From assembly GCA_964358065.1 (NCBI GenBank), contig CAYHNV010000002.1, positions 1-54,760 on the forward strand: DNA of 54,760 bases, given 5' to 3'. Position numbers and translations under genes: made by a program. This DNA comes from an uncultured Elusimicrobia bacterium (GTDB taxonomy: Bacteria; Elusimicrobiota; Elusimicrobia; UBA1565; UBA9628). Positions 49,453-54,760 of the stretch are shown here, in pieces; position 1 is the first letter of the stretch, and the number at the start of each line of letters is the position of its first letter. A model generated the notes under the pieces. It saw only the letters and a list, made by a program, of their open reading frames with translations, was not told the DNA's origin and did not search any database.

Positions 49453-51327
49453 ATGAGCGACACCTCGACCAAGCCCAAGCGGACCTCATCGACGCCGATC
49501 GAAGAGATTGAATCCGCCGTCATCCGTTTCGCCGGAGACTCCGGCGACGGCATCCAGCTGACGGGCTCCCAGTTCACCACGACCACCGCCTTTGCGGGCA
49601 ACGACCTGGCCACATTCCCCGACTATCCCGCCGAGATCCGCGCCCCCATCGGCACGGTCGCGGGCGTGTCCGGCTTCCAGATTCAGTTCTCTTCGCGCGA
49701 GGTCCTCACCCCCGGAGACGCGCCGGACGTCTTGGTGGCGATGAACCCGGCCGCGCTCAAGGCCAACGGCAAGGACGTCAAGAAGGGCGGCATCCTGATC
49801 GTCAATCAGGACGCTTTCACTGCGATGAATCTCAAGAAGGCGGGCTACGAGATGAACCCTCTTGAGGACGGCTCCCTCTCCGCCTGGCGAGTGATCCCCA
49901 TCGAGCTCACCCGCTTGACCCGCAACGCGGTGGAAGGCCTGGGCCTGACGGCCGTGCAGGGCGAGCGCTGCAAGAACTTCTTTGCGCTGGGCGTGATGTA
50001 CTGGCTCTATGACCGGTCGCTGGAGGCCACGTCGCGCTGGATCGAGGGCAAGTTCAAGAAGAACCCCGTCTTCGTCGAGGCCAACAAGAAGGCTCTCCAG
50101 GCGGGCAACGTCTATGCGGAGACGGCCGAGCTCTTCGGCCAGCACTATCGCGTGTGCAAGGCCCCGATCAAGCCGGGCCTGTACCGCAACATCACGGGAA
50201 ACGAGGCGGCCGCACTCGGCTTCGTCGCGGCGTCCTCCGTCTCGGGCCTGACGCTGTGGTATGGGTCCTATCCCATCACGCCCGCCTCGGACGTCCTTCA
50301 TGAGCTCTCCAAGTGCAAGAGTTTCGGGGTCAAGACCTTCCAGGCCGAGGATGAGATCGCGGCCATCGGCGCCTCCATCGGGGCGTCCTTCGCGGGGATG
50401 CTCGCGGTGACGGGCACCTCGGGCCCCGGCGTGGCCTTGAAGACCGAGGCCATCGGCCTGGCGGTCATGACCGAACTGCCCCTGGTCATCCTCAACGTCC
50501 AACGCGGCGGCCCTTCGACGGGCCTGCCGACCAAGACCGAGCAGGCGGACCTCCTGCAGGCGCTCTACGGGCGCAACGGCGACTGCCCCGTCCCCGTGCT
50601 GGCGGCCGCCACGCCCGGAGACTGCTTTGCCATGGCCTACGAGGCCTGCCGCCTGGCCGTCAAGTACATGACGCCGGTCATGCTGCTGACCGACGGCTAC
50701 CTGGCCAACGGCTCCGAGCCCTGGCTGGTCCCCGACGCGGCCAAGCTGGCGAAGTTCGGCAAGCCCGCCCTGCTCCCACTGTCGGAGTACAAGCCCTACA
50801 AGCGCGACCCGCAGACCATGGCCCGCCCGTGGGCGACGCCGGGCACGAAGGGCTATGAGCATCGCCTGGGAGGATTAGAGAAGCAGGACGTGACGGGGAC
50901 CGTTTCCTATGATGGAGAGAATCACGACCGCATGGTCCGCCTGCGCGCCGAGAAGGTCGAGAAGATGGCGCAGGACATTCCTCCCACCGAGGTCCTGGGT
51001 TCCCCCAGGGGCAAGGTCCTTCTCGTCGGTTGGGGCGGCACCTACGGTTCCATCACCGCCGCCGTCCAGAATCTGCGGAAGCGCGGTGAAAAGGTTTCCG
51101 CCGTGCATCTGCGTCACCTGAACCCTCTTCCGCCGGACCTGGGTGCGATCCTGGCGGGTTTCGACCATGTCCTGGTCCCGGAGCTGAACATGGGCCAGTT
51201 GATCAAGGTCCTGCGGGCAAAGTACCTTGTCCCGGCGACCGGCTTCAACAAGATCAAGGGCCAGTCGTTTAAAGTCTTCGAGATCGAGGAGGCCGTGGAC
51301 GCACTCCTGAAGGGGGGGAAGAACTGA
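49453..51327 (+). CDS. korA: 2-oxoglutarate/2-oxoacid:ferredoxin oxidoreductase subunit alpha (fused gamma-alpha type)
   Basis: IRFAGDSGDGIQLTG (gamma-like domain), then YPITPASD. 624 aa. Confidence 0.8.
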   Translation: MSDTSTKPKRTSSTPIEEIESAVIRFAGDSGDGIQLTGSQFTTTTAFAGNDLATFPDYPAEIRAPIGTVAGVSGFQIQFSSREVLTPGDAPDVLVAMNPAALKANGKDVKKGGILIVNQDAFTAMNLKKAGYEMNPLEDGSLSAWRVIPIELTRLTRNAVEGLGLTAVQGERCKNFFALGVMYWLYDRSLEATSRWIEGKFKKNPVFVEANKKALQAGNVYAETAELFGQHYRVCKAPIKPGLYRNITGNEAAALGFVAASSVSGLTLWYGSYPITPASDVLHELSKCKSFGVKTFQAEDEIAAIGASIGASFAGMLAVTGTSGPGVALKTEAIGLAVMTELPLVILNVQRGGPSTGLPTKTEQADLLQALYGRNGDCPVPVLAAATPGDCFAMAYEACRLAVKYMTPVMLLTDGYLANGSEPWLVPDAAKLAKFGKPALLPLSEYKPYKRDPQTMARPWATPGTKGYEHRLGGLEKQDVTGTVSYDGENHDRMVRLRAEKVEKMAQDIPPTEVLGSPRGKVLLVGWGGTYGSITAAVQNLRKRGEKVSAVHLRHLNPLPPDLGAILAGFDHVLVPELNMGQLIKVLRAKYLVPATGFNKIKGQSFKVFEIEEAVDALLKGGKN

Positions 51328-51328
51328 C

Positions 51329-52363
51329 ATGGACCACGCACACGACGAACTCGAGACGCTCCCCGGTTCAGGCCCCATGCTGCAGGCCAAGGACTTCAAG
51401 TCGGACCAGATGGTCCGTTGGTGTCCCGGCTGCGGCGACTTCGCCATCCTCTCCGCGGTCCAGAAGATCATGCCGGCCTTGGCCGTCCCAAAGGAGAAGA
51501 TCGTCTTCGTGTCCGGCATCGGCTGCTCCTCGCGCTTCCCCTACTACATGAACACCTTCGGCTTCCACTCCATCCACGGCCGGGCGCTGACGGTGGCGAT
51601 CGGGGTCAAGTGCTCCAAGCCCGACCTGCAGGTCTGGGTCGTGACAGGAGATGGGGACTGCCTCTCCATCGGCGGCAACCATCTTCTCCACACATTGCGG
51701 CGCAACGCGGACCTCAAGATCCTCCTGTTCAATAACCGCATTTACGGCCTGACCAAAGGCCAGTACTCGCCGACCTCGGAGCTGGGCAAGAAGACGAAGT
51801 CCTCGCCGATGGGCACCATTGAAACGCCGCTCAACCCGATCGCGGTGGCCCTGGCCGCCGAAGCCGGCTTCGTGGCCCGCGTCGTGGACACGGACCTCTC
51901 CTTCATGGGTGAGGTGCTCAGTCGTGCCGCCAAGCACAAGGGCTCGGCCTTCATCGAGATCCTCCAGAACTGCGTCGTCTTCAACGACGGTGCCTGGGAT
52001 TCCATAGCGGCCAAGGAGGTGCGCGATGACACGATGGTGCGCGTGGTGCACGGCAAGCCGTTGATCTTCGGCAAGAACAAGGAGAAGGGCATTCGCCTCA
52101 GGGGCCTTGAGCCTGAGGTCGTGACCTTCGACCCGGCGAATCCTCCCAAAGACCTTCTTGTCCACGATGAGAAAGCCCCGTCTGCCACGCTGGCGGGCTT
52201 CCTGTCCCGCATGGGAGAGCCGGTCGCTCAAGGGATATTCCGGGCCGTGGAGCGTCCGACCCTGCATGAGCTCATGGATGGGCAGATCGAGCAGGCCAGA
52301 GCCGTGCCCGCTGACCTGCAGAAACTGCTTAAGGGTCCCGAGACCTGGACCGTTGCGGCCTGA
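51329..52363 (+). CDS. korB: 2-oxoglutarate/2-oxoacid:ferredoxin oxidoreductase subunit beta (TPP-binding)
   Basis: WCPGCGDFAIL and GDGDCLSIGGNH. Confidence 0.8.
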   Translation: MDHAHDELETLPGSGPMLQAKDFKSDQMVRWCPGCGDFAILSAVQKIMPALAVPKEKIVFVSGIGCSSRFPYYMNTFGFHSIHGRALTVAIGVKCSKPDLQVWVVTGDGDCLSIGGNHLLHTLRRNADLKILLFNNRIYGLTKGQYSPTSELGKKTKSSPMGTIETPLNPIAVALAAEAGFVARVVDTDLSFMGEVLSRAAKHKGSAFIEILQNCVVFNDGAWDSIAAKEVRDDTMVRVVHGKPLIFGKNKEKGIRLRGLEPEVVTFDPANPPKDLLVHDEKAPSATLAGFLSRMGEPVAQGIFRAVERPTLHELMDGQIEQARAVPADLQKLLKGPETWTVAA

Positions 52364-52379
52364 CATTAAAAGGAAAGAA

Positions 52380-53591
52380 ATGAAACTTCTCGAGCATGAA
52401 GCCAAGGACATCCTGAAGGTTCGGGGCGTGCCGGTGCCGCCCAACGGCGGCGTCATCAAGACGACCGCACAACTCAGCGCCGCTCTTAAGCGCGCGGGCA
52501 AGGCCCCCTGGGTTCTCAAGGCCCAGGTCCTGGCCGGCGGACGCGGCAAGGCCGGCGGCATCAAGCTTGCCAAGACCTCGAAGGAGGCCAAGGCATTGGC
52601 CAAAGCCATGATCGGCATGGACCTGGTCACCCACCAGACCCACGGTCAGGTCCTCAAGGTCAAGGAGCTGCTCATCGAGGGCGGCGTCAAGATCGAGCGC
52701 GAGCTCTACTTCTCGGTGGTCATGGACCGCAAGGCCGCGGCCCCGACCATCATCGCCTCGGCCCAGGGGGGCATGGAGATCGAGTCGTTGGCCGTCGAAC
52801 ACCCCGAGGCCATCATCCGCCTGCCGGTTGACCCGAACATCGGCCTGCGCGATTTTGCGGCACGCCGCCTGGCCTTCATCCTGAACGTCCCGACGGACCG
52901 CGTCGGCGAGTTCTGCCGCGTGACCAAGGCCCTGGTCAAGTCCTTCATCGACCTCGACTGCACGATGTTGGAGATCAACCCTCTCATCATCACGCCCACG
53001 GGCGTGATGGCCCTTGACGCCAAGGTCAGCATCGATGACAGCGCCCTCTTCCGCCACCCCGAGCTGGCTAAGACGACCGACCACGAGGCCTCGGTGTTGG
53101 AGCTGGAGGCCAAGAAGGCCGACATCTCCTACATCGGCCTTGACGGGACCATCGGCTGCATGGTCAACGGCGCGGGCCTTGCCATGGGCACGATGGATAC
53201 CATCGCGCTTGCCGGAGGCAGTCCGGCTAATTTCCTCGATGTGGGCGGCGGGGCTGACGAGGAGCGCGTGACGCACGCGCTCAGGATTATCCTGAAGGAC
53301 ACGAAGGTGAAGGCGATCCTCATCAATATCTTCGGTGGGATCGTGAAGTGCGACATGATCGCTTCCGGCGTCGTGGCTGCGCTCAAGAAGATCAAGCTCA
53401 AGGTCCCTCTCGTGGTGCGTCTGCAGGGCACCAACGTCGAGAAGGGCCAGGAGATACTCGCCGCGTCCGGGATTCCCATCATCCAGGCGGATGACCTTTG
53501 GACGGCGGCCCAGAAGGCCGTGGAGGCCGCGACCGAGCGATATCGCGAGGAAGTGCCGCCTCCACACGCCGTTAGGAAGCGGCCGAAATAA
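52380..53591 (+). CDS. sucC: succinate--CoA ligase subunit beta
   Basis: ATG at 52380, preceded by [22 protein letters not shown] and [14 protein letters not shown]. Confidence 0.9.
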   Translation: MKLLEHEAKDILKVRGVPVPPNGGVIKTTAQLSAALKRAGKAPWVLKAQVLAGGRGKAGGIKLAKTSKEAKALAKAMIGMDLVTHQTHGQVLKVKELLIEGGVKIERELYFSVVMDRKAAAPTIIASAQGGMEIESLAVEHPEAIIRLPVDPNIGLRDFAARRLAFILNVPTDRVGEFCRVTKALVKSFIDLDCTMLEINPLIITPTGVMALDAKVSIDDSALFRHPELAKTTDHEASVLELEAKKADISYIGLDGTIGCMVNGAGLAMGTMDTIALAGGSPANFLDVGGGADEERVTHALRIILKDTKVKAILINIFGGIVKCDMIASGVVAALKKIKLKVPLVVRLQGTNVEKGQEILAASGIPIIQADDLWTAAQKAVEAATERYREEVPPPHAVRKRPK

Positions 53592-53592
53592 C

Positions 53593-54489
53593 ATGTCCAT
53601 CATTCTCGACAAAGATTCAAAGATTCTCGTCCAGGGCTTCACCGGTTCGCAGGGCAGCTTCCACGCCAAGCAGTGCATGGACTACGGCTCCCAGATCGTC
53701 GCCGGCGTGACTCCCGGCCGCGGCGGACAGACCCATCTCGACCGGCCCGTGTTCAATACGGTCCACGACGCGGTGCGCAACACGGGCGCCTTCGTCTCGC
53801 TCATCTTCGTGCCCGCACCCTTTGCCGCCGACTCGATCATGGAGGCCGTGGACGCCGGCTGCGCGACCATCATCTGCATTACCGAGGGCATCCCGGTTAT
53901 GGACATGGCCAAGGTCAAGCGCTACATCCAGCAGCAGGAACGCTTCGGGCGCGAAGTGACGCTGATCGGGCCGAACTGTCCCGGCGTCATCACCCCCGGC
54001 CAGTGCAAGGCCGGCATCATGCCCGCCTTCATCCATAAGCCGGGGACCATCGGCGTGGTCTCCCGTTCCGGCACGCTGACCTATGAGGCCGTCGACCAAC
54101 TCACCAAGCACGGCCTAGGCCAGTCCACCGTCGTCGGCATCGGCGGCGACCCCATCGCCGGTTCAAGCTTTTCCGACATCTTGGCCAAGTTCGAGGAGGA
54201 TGACGGCACTGATGCCGTGGTCATGATCGGCGAGATCGGCGGTTCGGCGGAAGAGGATGCGGCCCGATTCTTTAAGGAAAAGATGTCCAAACCCGTCTTC
54301 GGCTTCATCGCCGGCAAGGCTGCCCCGGAGGGCCGCCGCATGGGCCACGCGGGCGCCATCGTCGAGGGCGGCAGCGGCACCCATGCCTCCAAGATCAAGG
54401 CCATGCGCGAGGCCGGCATCACCGTCGTGGAGAATCTTTCCGAGATCGGCGAGACCGTCGCCAAGTCCCGCCGCCCGTTGACGGCCTAA
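53593..54489 (+). CDS. sucD: succinate--CoA ligase subunit alpha
   Basis: ATG at 53593, 1 nt after the suc[25 protein letters not shown], and MGHAGAIV (the phospho-His). Confidence 0.9.
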   Translation: MSIILDKDSKILVQGFTGSQGSFHAKQCMDYGSQIVAGVTPGRGGQTHLDRPVFNTVHDAVRNTGAFVSLIFVPAPFAADSIMEAVDAGCATIICITEGIPVMDMAKVKRYIQQQERFGREVTLIGPNCPGVITPGQCKAGIMPAFIHKPGTIGVVSRSGTLTYEAVDQLTKHGLGQSTVVGIGGDPIAGSSFSDILAKFEEDDGTDAVVMIGEIGGSAEEDAARFFKEKMSKPVFGFIAGKAAPEGRRMGHAGAIVEGGSGTHASKIKAMREAGITVVENLSEIGETVAKSRRPLTA

Positions 54490-54494
54490 AACCC

Positions 54495-54760
54495 CTATTG
54501 GCCCAGGCCTTTCAGGTACGGCTGGACCTGGGGGTTGTCGGAGCCCGGCGGCAAGTCCTTGGGCGTGTCCCGATCCCCGCCCTTGAAACCGCTGAAGGCG
54601 CGCGAGGGCTGGAGTTTGGGGGAGGCGAAGGTCTTCTTGGTCTTCTTGCCCGAGGTCTTGGACTTCGGGGCGTGCTTGGGGGTCACGATGGCGGCGCTTT
54701 CCGATTTAACGGGTGAGGATTTCTTGGCGCCGAAATCTTTGTTCGTCTTGATGAAGTCGA
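54495..54760 (-). CDS. 3' end of a gene running off the window; Lys/Pro-rich C-terminal tail, function unknown
   Basis: The track ORF 54495..54686 starts at GTG. I read the same frame with no stop to nt 54760 (..DFIKTNKDFGAKKSSPVKSESAAIVTPKH..). Confidence 0.35.
   Translation of the reverse strand, partial: DFIKTNKDFGAKKSSPVKSESAAIVTPKHAPKSKTSGKKTKKTFASPKLQPSRAFSGFKGGDRDTPKDLPPGSDNPQVQPYLKGLGQ

Noticed and set aside
1-54760. Search for CRISPR repeats, tRNA/rRNA, IS elements, integrases, toxin-antitoxin pairs and retron/DGR-type reverse transcriptases
   Set aside because: No intergenic region exceeds about 110 bp. I saw no regularly spaced repeats, and no ORF shows transposase, integrase or reverse-transcriptase motifs. 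This was a visual scan only.

Overview
GC-rich bacterial chromosomal window, almost entirely coding. I saw no rRNA, tRNA, CRISPR array, transposase or integrase. All calls come from reading the supplied translations for family motifs; no searches or computations were run.

Layout:
- 1-7.2 kb: two tandem GGDEF diguanylate cyclases, SppA, a membrane protein, NnrE, a cyclophilin lipoprotein, a short TilS and a TPR membrane protein.
- 7.2-43.1 kb: a surface-glycan biosynthesis locus of about 36 kb and about 35 genes. It holds about 7 glycosyltransferases, two Wzy_C/O-antigen-ligase-like proteins (one fused to TPR), an MsbA/PglK-type ABC exporter, an acyltransferase_3, a GtrB-like GT2 and a large GT-C-like membrane protein. 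It also holds several NDP-sugar dehydratase/reductase genes, KpsF, a sugar nucleotidyltransferase, five class-I SAM methyltransferases plus a remnant, and a TylC3-type C-methyltransferase.
- 23.7-32.3 kb: an embedded, translationally coupled module. It combines a SAF-less NeuB-like synthase, a capless HAD phosphatase, a NeuA/SpsF-like cytidylyltransferase, a class-III aminotransferase, a VOC protein, a TIM-barrel isomerase, two SDRs and a B12-binding radical-SAM enzyme.
- 43.1-54.8 kb: LhgO, a second cyclophilin lipoprotein, a CHASE2-Ser/Thr kinase / PP2C / FHA operon, then korAB and sucCD.

The best candidate for something undescribed is the non-canonical CMP-ulosonic/nonulosonic-acid-like module, together with an adjacent orphan 587-aa protein carrying a KpsC/KpsS- or sialyltransferase-like HP motif. 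Secondary leads:
- a 9-nt homopolymer at the 5' end of the aminotransferase gene
- an AAA+/DUF4143 ATPase inserted in the sugar operon
- a kinase/phosphatase/FHA triad directly upstream of the 2-oxoglutarate node genes

Many long antisense ORFs in the track are high-GC artefacts and were rejected.
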